The notes under the pieces: generated by a model | What the model was told of the DNA's origin: nothing | Databases searched by the model: none | The model's input: only the letters and a program-made list of their open reading frames with translations | Made by a program: the position numbers and the translations under genes | Shown: piece after piece, positions 11,401-21,461 of the stretch | Position numbering within the stretch: the first letter of the stretch is position 1 | Layout of the letters: every line of letters begins with the position of its first letter | DNA from: Takakia lepidozioides | Lineage: Eukaryota > Plantae > Bryophyta | DNA length: 46,000 nt | Direction: 5' to 3' | NCBI GenBank assembly: GCA_030704615.1 | Contig: JAKLZA010000032.1 | Location: 1 to 46,000 of the forward strand

Positions 11401-14400
11401 TTTCTACTAGGGATTCAAGAGGTAACGAGCTCCTTGTTGATGAGTCAATCGTCGACTCCTGGGACCCCATTTGGAGACAGGTGAACGAATCCTTCGAACT
11501 TCTTCTCTCCAGAAAACCTTCCACCCAGGTATTCTCGGGAAGATGTTTCACGTTTGGGATGGCAACCACCGGTTGCTTGCATGGATGGCTGTCATTGGGA
11601 GGCTGCACTCACAGGAGGAAGAGTGGCATTACTCTGTTCGATCGATGGTGCTTGATTGTGACGACAACATGATGGGTCTTCTGACGGCAATGAATGATGT
11701 GAACAGGTTGGTTTCTCATTGTACACGTTGCACTTCTGGTTCCGTTCTTCCTTGATTGAAGTCCTTGAATTACATTCTGAAATTCAGATATCATTCTGCA
11801 GAGGGACGGAGACATCGCATGTCAAAACGAGTCTGGTTCACACACTGTATAGGATACAAAGGATCGGGCAGATGCCCTTGACCAACTTCAAGACCATCCT
11901 TTCGGCAGAGATGTATAAGAAATGCGAAAGCTCCAAGACTTCGGAAACATGGTACTCGTTGACCCGTGAGGCTTTCATGGAGTACATGTACACGGTGAGA
12001 TACATCTTCCTTCATCTGGCCTTTCCATATTCCTGCTTCCACATGTTTGTTTCTCTCTGTCTCCCTTGACCTTGGATTGATGCAACTCTCTTGCATTCCC
12101 TTGCAGCAAGACATTGCAGATGCAGGGGAGCGTGGCAAACTGGAATACTACAGCTCTACCCCTGAGGAGAGAAGGACAGCAAAGGGAGTTGAAAGTCACA
12201 TCCAGAAGGAGATGAACGCTACAAGAAGGACAATAATGAGTGCTTTTGTGAAGCAGTTGAGAATGGCCGACCCATCATTCGGGCCGCAGTTTCTGCTGGA
12301 GATAAAAAAACCATTATAACAAGCCAGGCAAGCCGGAGATGGCCCAGGAGAAGTTGCACAGGTTGTCTACCGCCGTCGTGTCTTCTGAACAGAAGGTGAA
12401 GTGGCTGCAGATATGGAACTCCGATCCCACAGTTAGGGATACCCACATGTTCCCAAGGCCAGAGAAGGAGAAGAAGACCCAGCGTGTCGTTCCTGTCAGT
12501 GACAATGTGCTGGACAACTGGCTTCACAAGGCCACTTACTGGAGCCAGGTGTGATGTCCTCTCGTATCTCACTTTCTTTTCTCTTTTCCTGTCCTTCTCT
12601 TCCCATTGCCTCTTACATTCGCTGTGACTGTTTTTGGGTTCATTCTTCCATTTCAATTTTTTTGCAGTTGGAAGAAAGGGCCCGATCGGTTCTGCATACT
12701 CAGCTGGCTGACTATGGCATCACTATGACAGCTCCGAAGGTCTCCTTCGAAGCATACATGAGGAAATGGAGAGCCACAGTGTGGCACTCTGGTTTCTTTA
12801 GAGAGTTCAGCAAGGAGGGTGGCATCAGTCGAACAAATGAGCTTGACCAGCAGGAAAAAGGAGAGGAAGCCTGGAAACGATGCCTTTACAGGTGCACACC
12901 CTTGCACTCTTTGCTTGTGTTGTGGTTGCAATGTGTTGTGTGGCATACTGTTTAAGGGGGTCTTCCTGGTGTGTTGAAAAAGCTGGGACACAATATGTGC
13001 ATTGGATAATGAGGCTGTGTCTGTTCGTGCAGGTACATTAAGTTTGTTCTCCTGGAAGAGAATTGCTTGGACAAACATCCAGATTTCGTGGACCTTTGGC
13101 TTGTCCCTGCTGGCAACCAGACCATGTTCACTGCTGGGATCTTGCATGACTGGGGTCCGGACCATCTTTCTTCTTGTGGTTGGTATTTGGATTGCCCTCC
13201 TTCAGAGACCCCAGCTGTAGAGTTGTCTTTGAGGAGAGAGAATGACCGTATTGCAGCCACTGCCCGCAGCAGCGGACCTCGACATTCATGAGCGTAATCT
13301 GAGGACTCTTGCAGAGAAGGAGCCTCCCGCTCAGGATACCCCGGGTAGAGGAAGAAAGGCAAAGGGAAAAGATGTTGCTGGTGTTGTGGGGACGGGAAGG
13401 GGTAGAGGGAAGGTGGCACAAGGGCAGGGAAGTGTTGCAGCTATTGGCCCTGTGGAGCATGTCCAGCAGACTCCACCGCATGGTAGGGGATCCGGGAGAA
13501 AAAACAAGGGTGTGTTGATCCCAAGGACCCGTACCATGCAGTGGAACATCCCACGAGGGTCATTCGTCCAACCAGGTTGGAGATTGCCAACGTCGGGTTC
13601 CTTGCCATGATGGAGTCGAAGAAATCTGATTACAAGGGCGAGCCATCACCAGTGGGGAGAGGATTGTCGAGTTCCTCAGCACGGTGCGTGTTCTCTTTGG
13701 GTTCTGTGGCTTCTGCTCTCTTTTGTCTGCTGTGGGCATGGATCGTTTATAAACTTGTCAGAATTCCATTGTTTTTTGTTTGCAGGCTAAAATGACCAAA
13801 TCGTGGTGTGAACGGGAAGGAGAAGCCATATGCAGCGGAACTCATCATCTTGGACATCCCTGATGGGTTGGCAGTCCCGGATATCCCACCATCGGGTGCT
13901 TGTCCGGGTTGGAATGCATTTGATGAGCGCTACTGGCGGTGGGTTTTTTCCTTTTGCAACTTCTTCCTTTCCGATGCAGGTGTTTTGGTTCTCATCCAGT
14001 CCATCGATGTTCGGTGTCGCCGTGCCCTTGCCAGCTATTTGAAAGCCTCGGGCATGAGAGTCCTGAAGACATGGAATTGTGTGAACAGCATGTACCTTAC
14101 GAAGGGGGATCGTCCGGGAGAGATGGTGAGTTTCCCTTCTTCTTCCTCTTCTTTTTTGTTCTGGGATTGTGTTGTGTAGGTCGCTCAAACTCATATGTAG
14201 GGGCCCGATTTTATTTTGGTTCTTAGTTCCTTCTGGATGTCATGTTCGCAGACTCGTCTGTTTGAAGCTGTTTGTCTCGTCCGGGTGCATCCACCAACGA
14301 CTCGGCCGGCATTACGGAGTTTGCCATCACTCACGGGGGCAAGTTCATAGATGACAGGACAGATCCTCCCACGGATGACATGCATCACAACTACTACGTC

Positions 14401-14802
14401 GACAGCAACGTGTGCTTGCGAAGGGGGAATGGGGTTCCTTGGAGAGGGGCGAGGGAGAGAGCCCGCTTCATTCAAACGATTGTGGAGTGCTGACACACCA
14501 CACCTCAGACGCCAGAGTTTGGGATGGGCACAGGTTCGTCCTTCAACATTCACATTTCATGAATTTGATTGAGCTTGCACTTTCAGCACTTTCCACCGTT
14601 CCGAATGTGTCTTCAATGTCTGCTTACTTCATTCTATTCCACCTGCAGGTGCTTCGTACCACGCTTGCAAGGCCACGCGACATGTCTTTGGGATTGAAGG
14701 GATGCTGAGATTTACAAGAACCTCCTGGACACCTTCTACCGAAGCCCCGTCCCCTGAGACTTCTGACTTCTGGAGCTGGACTCCGACTTTGCCTGTGAGT
14801 AA
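5468..14802 (+). CDS. ParB-N domain / beta-class amino DNA methyltransferase-like fusion, copy 1 (frameshifted as assembled); predicted exons 5468-5779, 11113-11706, 11802-11994, 12107-12548, 12668-12891, 13033-13683, 13786-14125, 14252-14533, 14649-14802
   Basis: Phase-compatible GT-AG junctions are conserved in both copies. ParB-like FHVWDGNHRLLAW and motif-IV-like ELIILDIPDG are present. The motif I region is garbled by small indels in this copy. The link to exon 1 across the array is an inference. Confidence 0.7.
5857..10878. repeat. Tandem array of ~43 x 116-bp units, each with an 18-bp-arm palindrome (GCAA loop on the + strand)
   Basis: Unit GAACCCTTCACTGC-CAGCTCAGACAGTGTGCG-GCAA-CGCACACTGTTTGAGCTG-AGCATTTCAATGTTTCTGGGTGCAAAATTTGGACTTCAGGGGCACCTGTGTGAGTGTGAAAT. 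Unit count is estimated as length/116. Confidence 0.97.
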
Positions 14803-15440
14803 GTTGAACCTGTGCATGCTTGCATTGTTGTTTCATTATCGAGAATCGCTGTTTTGAGGCAAAGTGCAAATGGGAGACATCCTCTTCGTTGGACTTGTGC
14901 ATTGCATCATTGTGTTTAAAAATGGAATTTTGTGGACATGTGTAGGAGTCCGCGTGCTTCCACTTGCCCTCCTGGGCTATCACACCTATTTGGACTGTTT
15001 TTCAGTCCTCCTCGGTCTTGTGTGCTACCTGTCTATGCGGAGGCACTCGCAGCAAGCATGTCCGTTCATGGCACTCAGAGTCCACCTTGCGATGGCCTTC
15101 GTAGAACACGTGGTGTTGGGGCCAGAATCTTTGTAGATGACATAGCACAGGAGGTGGACATTGATTGTGATGACTGCGACACTTGATATGAAGTATTCTT
15201 TTGGTTTAATTCTGGGACAAATTTGAAATGGGATGGTTGTGTGTCCTTATTGTCCTCTTTGCAATGTGTGCATGGAATTCACATTCATGGTTCCAAACTA
15301 TTGTTGGAGATGGGGGTTGCATGGACTGCCCGGATTGTTCCTTCAATATATTTGTTGTTTTTGTGGACCTCACAGACTTGAGTACATTGCCAAAAAAACA
15401 AACCACTTTGTTCTGCAATTCTCAATTCTCCCCACATCAA

Positions 15441-15592
15441 CCCGCGGAAATAGGTGACCCCACTCGGAAATAGGTGACATCCGCGGAAATAGGCACTGTT
15501 TGCATGCTGACGTGGCGTGAGCCTGTGCTGGGCTCACGCTTTCCTGGGCTCACAGGCTCACGCCTCCAGGCTCACGGAATAGCACCCCCCTA
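15441..15592. repeat. MTase-side terminus: 3 x ~20-bp CGGAAATAGG(TGAC) repeat, five GTGAGC/GCTCAC motifs and a terminal C-tract (mirrored at 28899-29051)
   Basis: Read directly; conserved in copy 2. Confidence 0.8.
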
Positions 15593-16410
15593 TCAAACAG
15601 TACTAGAAGCCCAAAATAGCATTGTGGTGTACAACAGCCCGCCATGTCCCTCATGCGAGCCAAGACACAAGCGCAAGCATTGAGGCATACCATGGAAATC
15701 TGAAGGCAAGACTTGCCATGGGGAAAGGCAAGATGAGTGGTCGTAGAGTGGACTGGCTTATATGGGAACTCACTGGCCGTGTGCTAACACACTACTGGTA
15801 CGCAATCCATTTGAAGACCCACGGGTTCATAAGAAATGATAAACACGAAAAGTACATATCCAGTTCTATACTTGCGGTACGAGACATTCCTGCTGAGAGT
15901 GTTACTCTTCCCTTGGGTCCTGGTGAACCAGCCTACGTTCTTAGCAGCAACCACCCCGGCACAACATACATTGTTTACAATCCTAATTGCAATTGGGGTT
16001 GTTGCACGTGCCCATGGGCAATGAAGGGAAACTTATGCAAGCATCAGGTCCATGTCCTGAAGATGCTTCACCCTGACCTACAGGATGGCCTCCTTGTGCG
16101 CGCTTGTGGCACGGCGCTGGGAACCATTCATGGAGGATTACCTAACTTGCTCTTGGGCAATGGTGCCGACGGCAACGACAAATCCAATCAGTTCATGGAA
16201 AGACATCCTCCGGACGACTTCCCCTACGATGAGGCACCTCTGGAGGTCTCAGCCTCAATGGAACAAGAATTCGCGGACATACTTCGCATTGTAGGTGATG
16301 ACATGCCCGATCTACTCTTCATATGTGCAGAGGGCAGCTCGTTGATATCCTGGCAAAAAGTGCGGCTGGAATGTTGCACCCTGTGGCAGCGAAGGCTTTC
16401 CGTCCTCTGA
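15593..16410 (+). pseudogene. 3' fragment of a different SWIM-type MULE transposase, cut off by copy 1
   Basis: HASQDTSASIEAYHGNLK (E motif), RRVDWLI and SWIM CTCPW...CKH. The frame runs back to the element end through one TAG (KQY*KPKIALW). No 5' half is present in the window. Confidence 0.75.
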
Positions 16411-16535
16411 ACGACAACAACAACATGTCTCTGAAAAGGAGACGAGATTTCGTGGAGGCCTGGAAAACCCGGCCTAGGGTTTTGCGGAGAACCAGCAAGA
16501 GGGTGTCTGCACCTGCACCTGCAGCACATATATAC

Positions 16536-16733
16536 TCGAAAATTCGCAAGGTTTCAGGTCGTGTAGATATCACGAAGAAGACAATATAAGTCTGCAATGC
16601 CTCGAAAAGAGACAAGGTTTCACGTCGTGTAGGTGTCACGAAGAAGACAATATAAGTCTGCAATTCCTCGAAAAGAGACAAGGTTTCACGTTGTGTAGGT
16701 GTCACGAAGAAGACAATATAAGTCTGCAATTCC
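16536..16733. repeat. 66-bp tandem repeat x3
   Basis: AAGAAGACAATATAAGTCTGCAAT starts at 16575, 16641 and 16707. Confidence 0.9.
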
Positions 16734-18311
16734 TCTGGTAGCATTGTCCCTTTCTGAAATACAAGTCCGCAATGGACTAATGCACAGTCTCCCAATGGAC
16801 TCCTACAGTCTCCCAACTGACTCCCACACAGTCTCCCAAGCATAGTCTCTGTCTCCCAACAGAGTCACAGTCAACAAACTGTGAGCGCCAGTAAGCCAGT
16901 CGGCTGCCCACTCCAAAAGTCTGCTCACCACACCTCCACCTCATCCTTGTAACTCTTCCAGCAGACTGCTGGACAGACTAAGTCTCAAGCAGACTCATCC
17001 ACAACAGCAGACTCAAAATGGACAGGCTCCAGTGGACTACCTCCCTAACGACTCATGCCAATCCAGCGTCCCAGCGGACTCATGGACATGGTGCCTACCA
17101 GACTAGGTACCAGACCCACCAGTCCTAGCCTCGGCAGCGTACTGCTTGCACATTCAAGCTTAGCAGACTCCCAGCTAACACCGCAACAAGTGAGAACCTC
17201 ACCGAGCCGATGAACTTCGAGTTGTTACGAAGGCGAGCGTGTTTGCGACGCTTCGCGGCTCACCACGACTCTCTACACCTGGGGAAGAACGGTCGTCTTT
17301 CGTTACGGTGATAGAAACGAGGAAAACAAAACAGTGCAAAACAGTGCGAAGAAACAGGCGCGAAGAGAATGGAGTCGATCGCACAAGGAACATGAAAAGA
17401 AAGTAGAAGTAGAAGGGGAAAGCGGGCATGGCACTGCCAACGTGGTGCGATTTCACAGGCGCCAACTATCCGCCGTCACCGCATTGAATACGTCCACCGA
17501 ACGCATCGTACTAAATTCATCCACGGTCCTCGCAAGTGCAGCAGACTCATTTCCCATCGGGCCGAGAGTCCACCGGACCGCCAGTCCAGCGGACTATTCA
17601 CTTTGCTGAGGCGAAGCGGCTTCATATTAGAGGCACTTCCCTGCCAGCGGAATGAAGACAAAAGAGAGGAATGGGAGAACAGGAAAGTCGAACACACCCA
17701 TTGCAAACAGACTCGCGGCACAACAGACTGATACATGCACAGTCCAACAAACTGATATCCATAGAGGAGAACTGTCCAGCAAACGGACGTTTCGCCAGAC
17801 TGGCGGGAGAACAAGCCAAAAGACTGACCGGAGGGAAAATAAGAAGTCAAATAGACTTAGTGCAACAGACTTCCGACACAACAGACTGACAAATTCACAA
17901 GTGCGACAGACTGATATCCCAACAGACGGACTTCCAGCAGACCGCCTCCAAACTGACTGTTATGCACGCGATAAGGGGAATATCCGGAGCACTGACGGGC
18001 CAACGGACCCACTGTGAACAGACTCGCGACACAACGGACCTCAAACATCCACGCGCATTTGCAGATGCAATTGTCTCAGTCTGGTCCGTCTCCTGGCAAA
18101 TGCGACAATGTACCGATTCTGCACCTACTCCCGTCGTGGCTCAGACATCTGCATTCAGCAGGTGCGTGTGGATGTTTGAGGACCTTACGACTGGATGGTG
18201 TTCCGTGACGACTCGAATTGTTTTTTTGTGCTGCCATCCCTTATATAATACCATGTGGAAGGGCGGTTGCACCAATATTAGAAATTTTACTTTTTTTTTT
18301 TTTCCTGAAAA

Positions 18312-18630
18312 TGGGTGTAATCGCCAATTATGGCGATTGCACCTATTGGAAAAATATAAAATTATATGCGACCGCCAGCCTTGACAGTCGCATCCATTTT
18401 CAGTTATATGTATATATATATATCTCCGAAATTAGGCGTGACCATCAATTATGACTGTTGCACCTATTTAAAATATAAAAAATTATATACGACCGCCAAC
18501 CTTGGCGGTCGCATTAATTTTTGGAAAAATAAAAGTTTTTTTTTTTTGAAAATGTGTGCAACCACCAATTATGGCGGTCGCACATATTAAGAAAATAAAA
18601 AATACATGCGACCGCCATAATTGGCTGTTC
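18312..18630. repeat. Cluster of about six imperfect GCGACCGCCA-N-TGGCGGTCGC palindromes, ~60 bp apart, in AT-rich spacers
   Basis: Example: CGACCGCCAA-CC-TTGGCGGTCG near 18490-18511. Degenerate copies near 18320, 18367, 18437, 18557 and 18607. Confidence 0.65.
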
Positions 18631-19741
18631 CGATGTTGAGTGGTAAAAAACTTTGAAGGGAGGGCGATTGTCAGGAAGCGTGGAAACTGTCCATGCCCCT
18701 ATCGTAGGACTATTGGCTTCCGGGTCTTGGGAGCTAAGAAAGTTTTCTAACACCAAGTCGGCATGATGGTATAAATTCGTTAGGTTTTGTCCCATGTTGT
18801 CTGTAATTGATTTATGCAGGGAAACCATGTATTTGTGGTATTCCAGCTATTGGTGGATGATGGAGGCTATCATGCGATTTTCCATGGAGACTACATCGCT
18901 GCGTAGATCAGTTCTGATTGATATAGAGGGCGCTTCCAATTTTTTGTCTATTTCTTTTATCACTGTCAGTGCGCTTGGGGACTAGCTAAATTGAGTCGAT
19001 GGAATCAACACTGTCGTGGAAAGCTTGGCATTCAACCTGCACAGTTGAAAGATATAGATTTTAAAATATGAGGGTTTAGTACTGTGACTTTCTATTTTCA
19101 ATACTTTCAAGTGTACAAGGTTTATCTCCTACTGATGATTTCACACTACCACTAACATCCGAGTGTAGCATTAGGATAATGAGCTAGGAGAACTTTTGTG
19201 GGTAGCATTCAGCCATTCCAGCAAAGAGATATAGATTGTGGAAGATGCTAGTTCACTATAGTTACAGCCTGATACAATTTTCAATTTCCCAGAGCTAAAC
19301 ATGGTATTTCATAGGGTAGGGGAGCGCACCTAATAGTTGTTTGGTTTTTTTGTGATTGACATGAGTAGTTGTTCTACTTCGACTAAATCAATCTTTGTTA
19401 CAGTGTTTTTGATCGTAAAAGCTTTTATGTTTTTCTATCTCCAATGCCTTATACACAGAGGGCAATTGCAACATCGTCAGCGACGCTCTGCCATGTTCAT
19501 TGTTTATTGTCTGTCTGATTCAGTAGGTACATTTGATCTATGTTTTCCTTTTGGTGAATTTTCAAAGTTATGATTTGGATTTGTCGTTTATTAGTCTGCA
19601 CGCTCTAAGTGTGGAGGTGATGACCACCTTGGTTTTTTTTTAGTTTTATGGACAGTAAGTAAGACAACGAAGGTCGTCTAAATGTTTGAGATCGAGCCCA
19701 ACCGGAGTTGAGATCCCGAGTTGGTATGATCTAGTACTTCT

Positions 19742-20116
19742 TTGATTTGATTTGGTCCATAACTTCTGAGTCATTAGGGGACAATTATCAAGTATATCAA
19801 ACTTTAATATTGAAAATTTTGTGTGGGAAGTAAAGGAAGAGTGCAGATAATTCTCGACTGTCTCACACAAGCACATGTGTGTGGCAGATCTCTTTTTACT
19901 TTGTGCGTACAAATCAAATCAATTCATATGGTAAAAAAGACATCGCTTCCATGATTTCATGGTTGGCAAGCTAACACCTTGGTTCAATCCCACGCTTTAG
20001 CAGTAAACCATGGGAACGAGGGTTTTTTATTGAACTGGCCGTGTATGGGTACAAGGCTCTCATCCATTGATTTGATTTGGTCCATAACCCCTGAGTCACT
20101 AGGGGACAAAATTCAA
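19742..20116. repeat. Dispersed ~50-bp direct repeat (19742-19791 and 20067-20116)
   Basis: TTGATTTGATTTGGTCCATAAC..CTGAGTCA.TAGGGGACAA occurs twice. Confidence 0.7.
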
Positions 20117-20601
20117 AATGGTCGAACGTTTGAGTCTGCTTAATGAGATTTGGGAAGACGATAATTGTTATGATCGTGTGATGAATGACAGTTCTAGTAA
20201 AGTGCGATGGATGCGACTGTGTCTCGTATCACTCGGCCTAGTTTAGTGAGAATGATAAAAAACACTCATGTTTTCGAAATGAAAATAAAAAACTGGTTGC
20301 AATATTTTGCGAAAACTGATGGTAGCGTATTCAAATCAGTTTTTGTTACTCAATGATTGCGCACAGAATTCCTTGGTTCAGTTCGGGACGATTATTTGAG
20401 AGAGGGTTGTCGATTCGCATATTTGTCTATGGAAATTGTCGCGCGGCTTTTACTCACCCATCCCTTCGCTATCCGAGGTGGAAACTCCAAGATAGAAGAG
20501 TTGGAAATCTCTAAGTACTCAGCCCGCTCAGAACAATCAGTCATGACCTACAGCTAGTGTTTCATGGGGGTGTTTCCTATTTGTTTTCCTTTCCGCATTC
20601 A

Positions 20602-21423
20602 TGTTAGCTAGCTACCTTACTATTGATAATTAAGTATCAGTTTGCTTCATCAATCTATCGGATTCCATCAACTCATCCATTCATTCCACAGCTTCACTCA
20701 GATCTCTCTACACAGTGTGAGTATGAAGTATGTATCAGATTAATATCTATCAAGTATCAGGCTGAAGCCATGGTGTCTCTAATCTACTCTACATTACAAT
20801 TCTATAGCTTGCATTCATCAAGTAACAACAGATCATCCCTTCTCCTACTCCGTACTCTTCATCTTTCTGCTCAGAGATCCCCTCTCTGTCTCATTTCCCT
20901 CCGTCATGTCCGAAGTCCCCTCCCGAAGTCATGTCAAGAAGTGATCCTCCTCCAGTTCTCGCTCCTCGCTTTATTTTCCTACCCGTTGTTCTAACCGTTT
21001 TCCTCACTAACCGTCATCCGTGAACTAATCATGTTCCATTCGCAGATGTTGTTCCCCACAGTTGTTCCCTATCCTGCTATCCGTTCCCTATGGTCGTGAC
21101 AGCTGTGTCAAGCTGTGACTGGCTATGTGGCTGTGACGGGCTGTGACTGGCTGTGCGACTGTGTTGGGCTGTCTGTGACTGGCTGTGTGGCTGTGTCGGC
21201 TGTGACGGGCTGTGTTGGCTGTGATGGGCTGTGTCGGCTGTGACGACTGTGACGGGCTGTGTTGGCTGTGACTGGCTGTGTTGGACTGTGACGGACTGTG
21301 TAACCCCCCTCTACAGTGCGCTGCTGTCACCCCTAAGGCTCTTGTTGGTCTCAGTCTGTGCAAAAATTAAGGGTACTCCTCAGATCCCGTAAAAGTGTCT
21401 AAGTCCCTGGCAGTCCTCTAACA
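20602..21423 (-). repeat. 3' LTR (822 bp)
   Basis: Termini are TGTTAG...CTAACA (perfect 6-bp inverted repeat), directly after a polypurine tract. There is no second LTR to confirm the boundaries. Confidence 0.75.
21098..21302. repeat. GGCTGT(GA)-type degenerate simple repeat inside the LTR
   Basis: Repeated ggctgtg / ctgtgac units. Confidence 0.85.
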
Positions 21424-21440
21424 TTACCTCTTCCCCTCTC
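21424..21440 (-). promoter_or_regulatory. Polypurine tract
   Basis: Minus strand GAGAGGGGAAGAGGTAA sits immediately before the LTR TG. Confidence 0.8.
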
Positions 21441-21461
21441 AAAAAGCCGTGTCCTCACGGT

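Larger units (their letters stand above)
535..15592 (-). mobile_element. Large MULE-like DNA transposon, copy 1 (~15.06 kb; strand is that of the transposase)
   Basis: Matches 28899-44897 in reverse complement from end to end. Identity stops abruptly at CAGCGTAGCTACG (535) and at GCACCCCCCTA (15592). Contains a DDE transposase and clustered terminal CGTGAGC motifs. Confidence 0.9.

Noticed and set aside
535-15592. Helitron or other rolling-circle element (no TSD, terminal hairpins)
   Set aside because: No HUH/Rep or helicase motifs and no TC...CTRR ends. The encoded enzyme has DDE and CxxH motifs.
15603-15611. CTAGAAGCC as a TSD matching CTGGAAGCC at 527-535
   Set aside because: It is an 8/9 match but lies 10 bp beyond the end defined by copy 2, falls within the neighbouring transposase reading frame, and has no equivalent at copy 2. 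Treated as chance.
18640-20600. Short ORFs in the AT-rich spacer
   Set aside because: Frequent stops and no recognisable domain; possibly decayed sequence.
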